DNA of 37,837 nt from contig MEDY01000302.1 of assembly GCA_001724265.1 (NCBI GenBank), forward strand, positions 1 to 37,837, read 5' to 3'. This document shows, one piece after another, positions 1 to 12,188 of the stretch. The notes beneath the pieces are model-generated. The model searched no databases, was not told the DNA's origin, and was given only the letters and a program-made list of their open reading frames with translations. This DNA is from Rhizaria sp. SCN 62-66 (Eukaryota). The number at the start of each line of letters is the position of its first letter. Positions within the stretch are counted from its first letter, which is position 1. The translations under genes and the position numbers were made by a program.

Positions 1-322
1 GTCGAAAAGGTGGTTGAGGCTATCGAAATCGATGGGTTGATGAGGGGTTTTTTGAGTTGTAAAAAAGTGTCTTAGAACCCGGGAAATATATTACTGACTT
101 CATTATATCTTTTGCCCATTTTTTTCTTGTTGACTGCTGTTTCGCAAGGTTTCTTTTCTGTATTGGTCATTGGAGACCACACACCATTAACGCATGTCGA
201 GATCACATTCTGGCCTGACACGATAATATTTTTTTCGTCAGGCGTAACATCAGGATAATGGCCAATGGCTCACAAACATCTTATGAACACGTTGCATATA
301 AGCAAAACGACATGCTTATTTC

Positions 323-1702
323 TCACTTTGCAACAGTCCTAGCGTTGGCGCGCCTCGCCTTCTTCGTCTCTGTTCCATTCACAATAACAGCATCATCATC
401 GACATCATCATCACCACTGTCACTGTCAGCAACAACAATCGCATCAGAGCTTGCGTCGGTAGCGTTTGCGCGCTTGCCCCGGCTAGTCGCACTCACAACT
501 GACTTGCTCTGAGTCGGACTCGCAGTGTCCGCGCTCGCAGCTCTCGCCGCCGTGGCAGTCGAGGCAGCCGTGGCAGCAGCAAGGGCCGCCGAGATTACGG
601 CCGCCCCCGCTGCGCCTGCGCTCGCGGCCGCCGCCTCGGCCCACAGCGCCTCGGCCATCTCGCCCAAAGTCAAGCCGCGCTGCCGCGACGTCAGGCCGCC
701 GGCTTGACCTTCTCCCAGCACCGCGATGCGCCGGCGGCGGAGCCAGAGAGCGTGAAAGAAAGCCGCGTACTCTTTGGGGCTGTAGGCGAGCTTGCGCTTC
801 GTGGTGAGCTTGGCTAAGGGGGCGCTTAGACTCGCGGAGCACGACTGAACAAACTCAGCATGCTCTTTAGCGCTCGCACTCGCATTAGCGCTGATCGAGG
901 TGATGTTGTTGTTGAAGTGATCGGCAGCGTTCAAAACGACCGTGAGCGCTTCATCAGACGCAAACGGGAACACCAACAGCTCATCACCGTCATCGCCAGG
1001 CGCACTGTCACTGCCGCTCAGGCTCGCGGCGCGATCGCCGTTGCCCTTGCGGTTGCCGTCACTGATGCGCAGCGGCAGCCAGGACAGGATCAGCGACGCG
1101 GTCGCGGGGCCCACCCCCTTGAGCGCGCACAGCGGCGCCATCGCGGCCGCAACCGCCGCCGCCGCGGGCGCGGGCCCCCGCGCCGGGTGGCCGCGGGCCA
1201 GCGCGCGCAGCAGCGGCAGCGTGTCCGAAGCTGCGGCCGCGGCGGCGGAGTCGGAGTTCGACCCGGCGAGCGAGAGAAGAGAAGGCCGGAACTGGCCGCG
1301 GGAGAGCTTGTACCGCATCACCGCCGTCAACGCCGCGGATGACAGCAGCGCGGGAGGCTTTGTGGCCTTGGGACATGGTTTGGCGGCGGCGTTTGCAGGC
1401 GATTCGATGCTAGTTGGGACGGCAAGCGCGGAGGGCGGGGTCGACGGGGACGGGAATAGCGCGTGGTACTGTGCGAAAAGATATTAAAGCAACAGAAATC
1501 ACGTATAAATACAGTTGAAATAACGTCATACGAGGTTGTTGGAATGCGTGATTGCTTCACGGCGGGACGGAGGGAGACGTACGAGTGCGAGGAGCTCAGC
1601 TGGCGGGGTGCGCTTGGGCGCGACGAGCGGGAGTAGCTGCGGCACCGCAGCGGCGTGCGCGCGCCACGCTGATTCGTCATCACAGTTCCACAGGGCGCTC
1701 AT
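323..1702 (-). CDS. Uncharacterised helix-hairpin-helix-motif protein (family with 'KLxRGxFRPxL' and 'L.ALKGVGPATAS.IL' motifs), about 421 aa, 2 exons
   Basis: Exons 1702-1583 (MSALWNCDDESAW...ELLAL) and 1468-323. Intron 1582-1469 is GTACGT...CACAG, phase 0, and joins in frame to the 323..1330 ORF. It contains MRYKLSRGQFRPSL, the HhH-like LKGVGPATASLIL and FASDEAL. Stop TGA. Family assignment is from motif recall, not a search. Confidence 0.75.
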
Positions 1703-2072
1703 GCGGGGTGCACACAAAGGCAGTCGCTAGGGACGAAGACATGGGGGAGATCATGAGAGATTTATGATGGCTGAGTTCAAGCTTTCGGGCGGGCAGTCTA
1801 TCGGGCCAACGGTTACTGCCTTTGTTTTTTGTTGCTACAGACATGGAACATCCGTCAGTAGATTTTTTTGTCTACTTACACGAATTTAATTGGTATTTTG
1901 TTTTATTTCTCTTTATTATACATCTACAAACTTCGTTCTTGTTTCTCACCACGCTTTCTTCTCCCCTTGGCCGGCCCCTCAGTCGTTTTTCAAACCTTCC
2001 CTTTTCCCCCCGCCTTCTTGACCCCCGCGAACGCTTCTCCAGCGCCTCCGCGCTTTGTTTAGCACTCGCGCG

Positions 2073-5000
2073 ATGTCATTTGCGGACCTGGACATGGAGC
2101 TCGATCTTAACGACTCCCCCGCTGCCCTCCAGCAGCAACACGACGCAGCCAGCTCTAGCACGGGCAGCACAGTCAACACCACCACCAACAACGCTTCTGT
2201 TGCTGGCCCTCCTGCTCCTGCTCCTGCCTCGACTGCTGCCCCGTCCCTTGGGCTGTCTCTCGACGTCGGCAACGCTGATTCCGTCGCCTTGCCTGCAGCA
2301 GCACGCAACTCCCCTGCTGTCACCACCGCTGCCGCTGCCGCTGCCGCTGCCCCTGCTCCTGCTACTGCTGCTGCTCCTGCCTCTGCCGCTGGCGCCGGCG
2401 CCGGCGCGTTTACGCCCCCCGGAGCCCCTTATCCGCACCCCGCCTCTTACAGTAACACCGCGAACCCTGTCTCTAGTGCTACTGCGACTGCAAGCTCTAG
2501 CTCTAGCTATAGCACTTTCGGACGCCCTCCGCTGCCCCCCAGCCACGCTACTAACGCGACCAATGCCTCTCAAAGCAACAGCAACGCTAGCGCTCGCATG
2601 AATGGCGGTGCCGCCGCCGGCGCGGCGCTGCGGCCGGCCGCCAGCGCCGGCAGCCTCAACAACAACAGCAGTGTGGCGCTGCCCAGCAACGGCGGTAGCA
2701 ACGGAGACCACAAGGACACTGACAGCGGCTCTAGGCTTGCAGCGATCGCCCTCACGAATGGCAACCAAGCAATGGCGACGGCTCCCAATAACACGGCTGC
2801 CGCGACTGCTGCCACTAACTCGCACGCTAATGCTAGCGCTAATTCGCATGCTAATGCGAATGCGAATATTTCGAACTATCACGAGGAGCTGCACCAGAAG
2901 CGCACTCGCCGGTCCCTGTCGATGTCGGCGGCCGCCGTCGCCGCACTTGCTGCCGACGGTAACAACAGCGGCACGAGCGCGAACGCACACATTCACGCAA
3001 GCGCCGGTGTCAATAGTAATGGCACCGCGACCGCTCAGACGGGTGGCGACGCTAGCAGTGCAGCGTACGTCGAGGACGACCTCGACGATACCCCTTACGC
3101 TGGAGGGACTTACGCTGGAGCTGGCCAACAACAACAACAGCAGCGTCAGGACGAGCAAGATACCGGTACTTACACTTACACCTCGCAGGACGGCTCTAAG
3201 TACCCCCTCCGGCCCGCCTACTCAGACGCGGGCTACGAGGACGACGACGACGCCGCCGCCGTCACCGCGACTGCACCTACTCACGATCACGGCCACGGCC
3301 ACAGCCAAGCTAGCGCTGCGTACGACGGTACACATGGGACGCATGGGACGCACGAGGGCTTCATTGTCGCCAAGACTGCGGACGCCGAGCTGGCGATGTT
3401 CGTGGCGCAGATGCCCCGCAGGCAGAAGGTGCAGGCGAAGCAGCCAACGCCGTCGCCGCCGAAGACCGCCACCGCCGGTGTGACGGCAGCGGCCGACGAA
3501 AGCAAGACACAGTCGCAGTCTCAGGGACAGTCGCAGAGACAGGGGCAGGGGCCGTCCCAGGGGCCGCCGCAGGGCAGGCCGGCTCAGTCCGCCTCGGCGT
3601 CCGTCTTAGACTCCAGCGCCAGCAGCAACAGCTACGCGGCCGCGCAGTTGAGGGCGCGCAAGGACAATCCCGGCGGCGCGGGCGCGGGCGCGGGCGAGGG
3701 TGCGAAGGTCGGCGGCGTGAGCGCGAGTGCGAGCGCCAGTAAGGCCACTGCCACCCAGTCTAGGACTTACGCCACCAACTCTCGCCGCAGCGGCGCCCCA
3801 GAGGCCGATGCCGACGCTGCAGCTGAGGCTGTGGCTGAGGCCTCAGCGGTGGCTGTGTCGATGCGCAGCAAGGCGGGGGCTGGGGCGGGGCCTGGCGGCG
3901 CGGTGAGCCGTAGCGACAGCCTGCGCTCCCTCGCGCTCGCGGCCTCGCTCTGGGGGGGCAACGGCAGCGGCAGCGGCAACGGCCAAGGCAACGGCCAAGG
4001 CATCCGCAGCGGCCGCGGCAGCAACAAAGAGAGTAAAAACAACGGCGGCCACAGTCCGAGCGCGGACTACTACAACACTGCACACGGCCACAGTCTGGTT
4101 TATGATCACAGTTACAGGAAGGGCCAGGGCTATGTGAACGACTACAGTCGGTCTGCCAGCCAAAGCCCCAGTCCCAGCCCTAGCCCCGGCGCGAGCCCCG
4201 AGCCCGCCGCGGCTCACCATGCCAAGAACTACGGCGACAACAACAACAATGGGCAGCACAGTAACACTGGCGGCTCGGAGGAGTACGACTACGATCGCAA
4301 CTACAGCTACGATCGCCGGCCCGCCGTCCCTGCGCGCGACGCCGATAGCGACCGCCAGCGTGACCGTGAGCTTGACCGTGACCGTGACCGTGAGCGCGAC
4401 CGTGAGCGCACCGGACGCCGTCCCTCGTCTCGCGGCGGCAACGGCAACGGTAGCGGCAGCGGCTACGGCTACGGGAACGAGAGCGGCGCTGAGTCAGAGG
4501 CGGACTCGCAGTGGGGCGTGTGGGAGGAAACGCAGCAGCACAAGCAGCAGCAACAACATCGCAAGAAGCCTCAACAGCAACAGCAGCAGCAGTGGCGCAA
4601 CCGCCGTGCATCAGGCCTCGGCATTAGCTCAAGCTTACAGCAACAACAGCAACAGCAGCAGCAGCCGCAGTACACCGGCGGCGGCCTTGCCAGCGGCCGC
4701 CCAGGCACTCTGAGCACGAGCTCGAGCCTGCACTCCCTCGCGCCGAGCAACGCCACAGGCAGTTGTGGTGGTGGTGGTGGCGGCGGCGGCGGCTATAGGA
4801 GCAGCTACCCCAACAACCATTACGACTACGACGAAGACAACGATGCTGCGGACCCGCTAACCGCCGCGGACATTGACCGTGAGCCCGGTGACCGTGAGCG
4901 CGCGCGTGACCGTGAGCGGCAGCGTGGGCCCCGTGCGTCGAACACAGACCCGACGGACCCGCTGTTCGCGAGCGAGGCCGTGGCGGCGACTCTGGCGGGA

Positions 5001-8000
5001 GCGGCGGCGCAGGCGCGCGGGCAGCGGGCGGCGGCGGCGCGGCGGCGCGAGGCGTATCTGGCCACGCTGCGCAGCCACGGGTACCGCGGTACGTGCGGGG
5101 GGGATGAGGGCGACGAGAACGACAGTGTCAATGGCGGTGGCAATGGTGATGGCAACGGGCGTGATGACTGCGACGATACTGATCGGTCTTGTCACGAGTC
5201 TAAGGGGATCGAGTCTAAGGGGCTGGGGTTGAGTTCACTGGACCCGCTCAGGACAGGAAACCCTTACGCGATGCTTAGCGACCCCTTAGACGACGAGGAT
5301 AAGTACTTAGTCTCATCTAAGGGACGCATAGACGCCGCGTGGGCGCCCGCCAGCGCCGAGTCACGCTATGTTTGGAGCCAGAACACGATGAAACAGGCCG
5401 CGGCGCTCGCGGCGAACTCCACAGCCGTGGCCGCTGATTACGGTGACGCCCACGCGAGCACGAGCGCTGATGGGGGCGAGAAGCAGAGGTACGAGTACGA
5501 CTACGGCTACGGGCTGGGCGTCAATAGGTCTGGCCGCGGCGCTGACCGTGATCAGCAGGCGAAGGGCAAGAAGAGTAACACTGCCAATAGTAGTGCAACT
5601 GCTCCTGTTTCTGCTGCTGCTGCCAAGGACGCCGATGACGACGACCTGCGGAGCCACTTGGACCACCTGCGGCATCTGCAGCGCCGCCAAGAGGCGCGCG
5701 GACTGCTTGCGCGCGCCCAGCCCAAGTCCGCAGGGCTAAGTTCCCCCTTAGATGGCACGGAGTCGCCCCGCAGCGCGCGGCGGCGGCTGCGCGCGGAGGC
5801 CGTTGCGGAGGCCGAGGCCGAGGCTGATGCGGAGGCTGCCGAGGCCGAGGCCGCCGCCGCCGAGGCCGAGGACGCCGAACACGACGCCGGTTACGCGAAG
5901 ACCTATAGCTACCGCGGCAGTCGCGCCTATGCCACCGCCGCGGCCGCCGACTGCGACGACGACGACGACGACGTTGCCAACCCCGAAAACAACAACGCCA
6001 ACGACGGCGTGGTCGTTGGTGACACCGTGGTGGCGAACAACCTCGGCGGCGGCGGCCGCTACAGCTACCTGCGGGAGGAAATCCCGCTGCTGCCGGCCGC
6101 GCGCGGCGCCCCCGCCTCCGCCGCCGCGGCCGCTAAGATGCGGCGCCGGCTGCAGCGCTCGCTGCGCCCGCGCAGCAGCGCCAGCAGCCGCGGTGCGCGC
6201 GGCGGTACGCGTGGGGGTACGCGTGACGGCGCGGTCGCGATCGACGTGGGCAGCGGTGGTGCACATGTCAGCAGGCTCGCGCGCGCGGCCGCGACAGGCC
6301 GGCAACAGCCGAGTCACAACGGCGGCGGTGCGGGGGCGAGAGTCACCGGCATTGGCGCGAGTGCTGGGAATGGCTGGGCGAGTGTTGCCGTGGGACACGG
6401 CGGTGACGATGGCTTAATTTCCGACCACGACGACGACGACAATGAAGACGACAACGAGGATGACTACGACTACGACGACGACGACGACGAGGACGACGAT
6501 GAGGAGGGGGCAGACGCGAGTGGCAGGGGTACCGGAACGCGTGCCGGCCGCAGCGAGCGCGCGCAGCGGCGGTGGTACGGCGAGGAGGATGACGAAGACC
6601 TCGACGTCGCCTACGACTACACCCGCAAAGCGCGCAAGTCCACCGCCGCGTCTGCGCACGCTCTGTACCACCGGCATAACGGCGATCCGCATGCGCTGGA
6701 GTACGATGCGAGCGGTGGCGTCCAGAACAACCTCGACAGCGTGTACTTCCAGGAGCCCAACCGCCTCACTCAAGACCACGAGTACGAGCATGGCCACGAC
6801 GGCAACGGATATCGGAGCAGTAATCGCAATGGCGATGGCGCCGCGCTCGCGCACGGCAGCGCTGTCCACGGCCACCCCTTCTCAGCCCGCCGCGCCCACG
6901 GGCACTACTCCGACGACGAAGGCGAGGGTTACGGCGACAGCGACAACGCTGCGACGGCCGCTGTGGCCGTGACGGCCGCCGCGCTGGCGCCCGCGGCGCT
7001 GGCCGCAGCCCGCGCGCGCGCGCTGGCGCTGGAGGAGCGCCAGCTGGCCGCCGCCGCGGGCGTGCCGTGGCTGCCGCCGTCGCCGCGCGCGCTAGCCGTG
7101 CAGCAGGAGCTGCAGCAGCAGTGGCAGCGCGATTTCGTGCTTAATCATCGCCAGGAGCAGGCGCGCGCGCAGGCCGAGGCGGAGGCGGAGGCCGAGCGCG
7201 CGGCGGCCGCGGAGGCTGCGGTGGCTGAGGCTGAGGCGGAGGCTGAGGCCGCGGCCGCCGCGGCTGCTGGAGTTGTAAGCGGGGGCAGTAAGGGAGTACT
7301 TAGACTCGGCTACTTACCACACTCTCAGTCTGCGAGTATTCACATTCGCAGTCAGAGCAGCATTGCACCCGCTCATCGCGACCACGCCCACCCCGCCCCC
7401 GCCGCTGCCGCCCCCGCTGCCAACAACTATGCGCACGGTGACGCGAGCGCGACTGCAAGTGCGAGCGCGAGTACGACTGTTGGTCCGAGCGCGGCGGCGG
7501 CGGCGGCGGCGGCGGTTGCGAGGGCCAGGGCCAAGGCTCGCGCCATGAAGGGCCTCGATCTAGAGCCAGGTTCACAGTCTCAGCTGCATTTGCAGCCGCA
7601 GCTGCAGTCGCAGCCGGCGCCGAGGAGTCTGGACTCTCAGCAGGCGCCGATCGACTTCGACGCGCCCGACTCACACTCCAACAGCCCAGTCGCTGCGGCC
7701 CACGGTCAGTCGGCCCACGGTGACTCTGCCCACAGTCGGTCCGAAACGGCGGCGCGCCGGCTGCAGGCGTACCTGGCGCATCAGGTCGCCTCGGGCCGCC
7801 TACCGCCGCGACTGGCCACCCACAGCAGCCGCGGCACTGGCACTGGCGCTGGCGCTGGCACTAACACTAGCACTGGCGCTGGCGCGGGCGTGGGCGGCGA
7901 CGGGAGCCGTTCGAGCGAGAAGGCGAGCAAGGGTAGGAGCAGCAGCAGGCCTACGCACCGCGCTAACAGTAACAACAACAACAACTACGACAACAATGCT

Positions 8001-10495
8001 GACGTCAGCAGCAACAGCAGCAACAACAGCAACAGCAACAGCAGCGACCTCCCTGACTCGAGTCCCCGCCCGGACTCGCACCCCAGCGCGCGTCCCGGCC
8101 CCAGCGACCGGCTGCTGCGGCGCGTGCTTGTCTCCCGCGCGGGCGCCGTGACCGTGCGCACGCTGACGCCCGCCGAGTGGACCGAGGCGCTCGCGCGGCC
8201 CCGCAGCGACAGGCTCGCCGCGCGCATGGAGCAGCAGCAGCAGCAGCAGCACCAGCTGCAGCAGCGACAGCTGCAGAGCGGGCAGTGGAGAGGGCACTCG
8301 GATGCGGCGAAGGGCGGGGGCGTGTGGGACCCTTACAGTACGCGCGAGACCGAGGCGAATGTAAGTGCTGCCGCCCACGGTCAGGGCACAAACAGGCCTG
8401 CCTCGGTTCATGGCGCCGGTGCAAGTGGTACTAGTGCTTTTAACGCTGACGACATTGCCTCGCTGCTACCGAACGCATTCTCTTACGCGTCCGCGCCTCA
8501 ACAGCAGCACGACGCTGACGACTTGGATAGCGACGGCATTGCCGCGACGAATCGCACCCGTCATAACGCCGCCGCGACCGGCCGCCGCCCTCGCCCCGCC
8601 TCCGCCTCTAACAATAACCCGAATAACGCGCCCTACGTGCTGGCCGTCAGCACCGGCGGCCCCCGCCCGCGGCCCGCGTACCGCTCCGGCGCGCTCGACC
8701 CCTGCCCGCCGCCCCCGCCCTCCACTATGGCGACCGCCGATGAGGACTCTGCTGCCGATGCTGCTGCGAACGGGTACGGCGGCGCGATGCCCGCGTTCAG
8801 CCGGCCGAGCGACTGCGCGCACTGCGTGTTCGCGCCCGCGCTGGGGCCGCGCACCGCTGCGCTCGCGGCCGCTGCGGCAGTGCGCCGCGCCAGGCAGCGC
8901 AGGGCAGCCGCCGCCGCCGCCGCCACTCTGGGGGCTAGCGGCAGTGCTGCGGAGGCTACGGACGGGGCCAAGGCCGCTGAGGCCGAGGCCGAGGCTGAGG
9001 CCGATGCTGAAGGCGAGGGCGATGAAAACAATGAAGACGACGAGGACGAGAACGGAGAGAAGAAGGCTAAAAGCGCTAAGAAACCTGCTGCAGCTGCTTC
9101 TAAGCCCTCATCATCATCATCATCGTCGGCCTCGTCGTCATCGAAGACTGGCGGTGGCGGCGAGGACGACTTGTCGGAGTACTTAGACGAGGGCCCGGGA
9201 TACTTACGCGACCTCTCCCGGCCGCGCGGACGGCAGTGGGCGCCGCCGCTGCCGCCGCCGCCACCGGAGCTGAGTCCCGAGGAGGCCAAGCGTGCGAAAC
9301 GGGCCGCGGCGAAGCGAGCCGAGGAAGACCAGGGGCCGGGTTTCCTGGCGCGGGTGGCCGCGGCGGCCAAGAAGGCGGAGCAGGAGGGCAAGGAGCGGCG
9401 CAAGAGGGCCGCCAAGCCCGGACAGGTACGTGTGTGTGCTGGCACACTTGCCGTGTGACTTAAAGAATATCGAATGCCGACCAGTAGAACGCATGAGTTG
9501 CATTCGTTCTATTCATGCCATTATCATTTAAAATCTAGTAGATAACACTAAAATCTAAAATAATTTAATTTTTTATTACTCATTTTCTTTCTATTTGTGC
9601 GATATCCCCCCACTTTTCGTTCTCACTGCGCGTGTCCAGGCCGAGCTGGACGCCGAGCGCGCGCGCATCGAGGCTGCTCTCACCAAGGGTCCCAGCGAAG
9701 AGTTTATGTCTGACCTGGACAAGCAGCTTAAGGCGCTGCGCGCGGCGCGCACCAACCCGAAGCCGGTGCCTCTGGGGTACACGTTCAAGCCTAACGTGGA
9801 GATTCCGCCTAAGGTCCTCAAGACGTACGTCAGATGAAGATGTTAAGAAACAAAAGAATCCTTGTTTGACGAACACGATACTTGTTACCCGAACTGATTT
9901 TAAATCTTACTGTGCATATGAATATGTTCTATCTATTTCTATTTCTATTATTCACCCCGATCACTCGATCTTGCAACTTGTTCTTCCCTTTGTTTCACTC
10001 GCCCCGCGCAGCATGCCCCCGCTGATGTCTCGCATCTCCGCTTCGATCAAGGAGGCCGAACAGGCCGACGCGCGCGCCCGCGCCCGCGCGGCGGAGGACA
10101 ACGCGCGCCTGGGCGGTTTCGTGCCCCACCTGGCGCCGCCCGCGAGCCGCGCGGTCCGTGAGTTCCAGCACGAGTACGCGGCGCAGGTACCGCTGACGCA
10201 GCGGCTCATGCTGCAGGGCGCCGCGCTGGCCGAGCGCCGCCGTGCGCTCGTGGCCGAGGAGGAGCTGCGCGCGCGCGAGATGAGCAGCCGGCCGCGGCGT
10301 GGCGGCGAGCTGTGGCCACCGGCGAACAGCGGCAGCAGCAACAACAACAATGCGAACATGAATCAGCAGCAGGCACAGCAACAGCAGCAGCAAGGTGCTG
10401 GCGAGGATGCCGGTAACGGCAGCAGCAGCGGCGCCGGTGCGGGGGGCTCGCTCAACCGGCCTTTGTTCAACAGGCCGCAGTACTATAACGCCAGC

Positions 10496-10551
<56 letters not shown>

Positions 10552-10996
10552 CTACGGTGGTACTGGTGGCTACACTGCTGGCGCGGGTCCGGGGTCCCCA
10601 TTGCCGCCCTCTCACCACGCCCACCGCCGCGACAGCAGCAGCGGCGGCGACTACACTTACTACGACGCCGGCAACGACGCCGGCGCGAACAACGCGCTCG
10701 CCGCCACTGCGATGTCGCCCTTCGCTGCCGCCGCGCTCGCCCCCTACAGCAGCTACAACAGCGGCTCGAGCGGCGCGCACGCGGGCCCAGGCAGTCCTTA
10801 CAGCGGCGGCGGCGGCGCGGCCGGGGGGCGGCTTGACTTCTCTGCGCGCGTGGCGCTGGACATGGGCCGCCAGGAGGACGCGAACCGCGCGCGCGCGCTT
10901 GAGGCCACGGCGCTGGCGGCCGCCAAGAGCAGGCGCGATGGCGCTACAGAGTACCGCAAGGAAAACCCACTCTTCCGCAAGCCTGCGGTCGCGTGA
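2073..10996 (+). CDS. Very large low-complexity, probably disordered protein (about 2840 aa), 3 exons, function unknown
   Basis: ATG at 2073. Exons 2073-9425, 9640-9824 and 10012-10996. Introns are GTACGT...CCAG (phase 0) and GTACGT...GCAG (phase 2), and both keep the frame. Total 8523 nt, stop TGA. Contains poly-A/Q/N/D/G tracts and RD repeats. Confidence 0.8.
4361..4406 (+). repeat. Imperfect (GACCGT/GAGCGC) hexamer tandem repeat encoding Arg-Asp/Arg-Glu dipeptides
   Basis: tgaccgtgagcttgaccgtgaccgtgaccgtgagcgcgaccgtgag, with a second patch near 4874-4918. Lies in coding sequence. Confidence 0.8.
10496..10552 (+). repeat. (AAC)19 microsatellite encoding poly-Asn
   Basis: Pure AAC run in exon 3 of the large gene. 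Confidence 0.95.
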
Positions 10997-12188
10997 GCGC
11001 GGTCGGGTGGGCGCGCGAGGGGAGGGGGCGAGCGCGGTGCGGCTTCTGTCGCGACGACTGCGATGCGCTGTGAGATGAGGTGCCTTGTAGTGCGTCGGAT
11101 TGACGTGCGAGGTGATTCGAAGGGATGTTGTTTTTTTAAGAGTACGAAGATTATTTAGCTAAATATGGATGTGATAGTAACTTGATGCTTAAAGTGCAAC
11201 TTGAAATGCAACTTCATACAATTGATTATCGAATCTTGTTAACTGTGTCAATCTTGTTTTTGAAGTGCATCGTCCAGGGTTTCAATGTTACACGATGCTG
11301 CATTGCATGTGACTCTACGCCGTACATGTATAAGAAACCCACCTTCCACTGACACGGCGAAGCATATCTGAGCAGAGATCGCAGCAGGTCACAGATTACG
11401 AGTGATTTGTGAAGACCACATCGCCTCTAGCCCCACAAAGGCGTCTCATAGAGACGATATCTTACAAGAAATACTAGATCAGCTCTCTTAACTTTATACA
11501 TAATAACTGTACATACGAATCTACCAGGATTCACACTTAAATTTTATTTTCAGAAGTGCAAGGATAGGTTTTGGCAAACAAATAATATGTCCGGTTGGCC
11601 GGAACGCAGGACCGAGGTGGACGGGTCGGCGCCCAAAATTATTTAATTTTTTCGGAACTTGGCCGGGACTAAGGGGGGAGGGAGGCCCTTACCCGTCCGT
11701 GTCTGGGGCCCAAAGGAGCGATCAAAAGTCGATCTGGCGGGACGGAAGTATTGAGTGTGATATCGTAGTATTCCAAAGCAACATTTATTTTGCTGTTTAC
11801 ATTCCATCATTTGTCCACAGCCTCGCTGCACGGCGTCTACCCCGTCCTGGGACCGCGTTTGAGGGTCCCTCACTGCTCCCTTCCTTTGGAACCAGGCTGG
11901 CTCCTAAGGCTCCTCTGTTGGTCCAGTTTTGCGTTCCTCAAGAACGTTCATGCGCTCCAGCAGTAACTCCACACGCAGCACATGGCCTTCATTAAGCTTT
12001 CCCGCTTTGTTGCAGTTCCTACTTTCCCCGCTTTCCCTTACTTTGATTCTTTTTTTGAGCCCACTGGGCCCTCGTTGCCCTCTCCTTGCTCTCCTGCCTT
12101 TCTCACCTCGCCCTGCCTCCCTACTTCCCATGTTGCTTCCCGCTCTTGTTTCTTTCTCTTGCTCACACCACCATAGAGTCGTACAGCA

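Noticed and set aside
2076-10780. Many long antisense and alternate-frame ORFs (e.g. 2076-3158, 2602-3483, 8633-9445, 9995-10780)
   Set aside because: They are shadow ORFs caused by GC-rich, repeat-rich codon usage in the real frame, with no recognisable domains.
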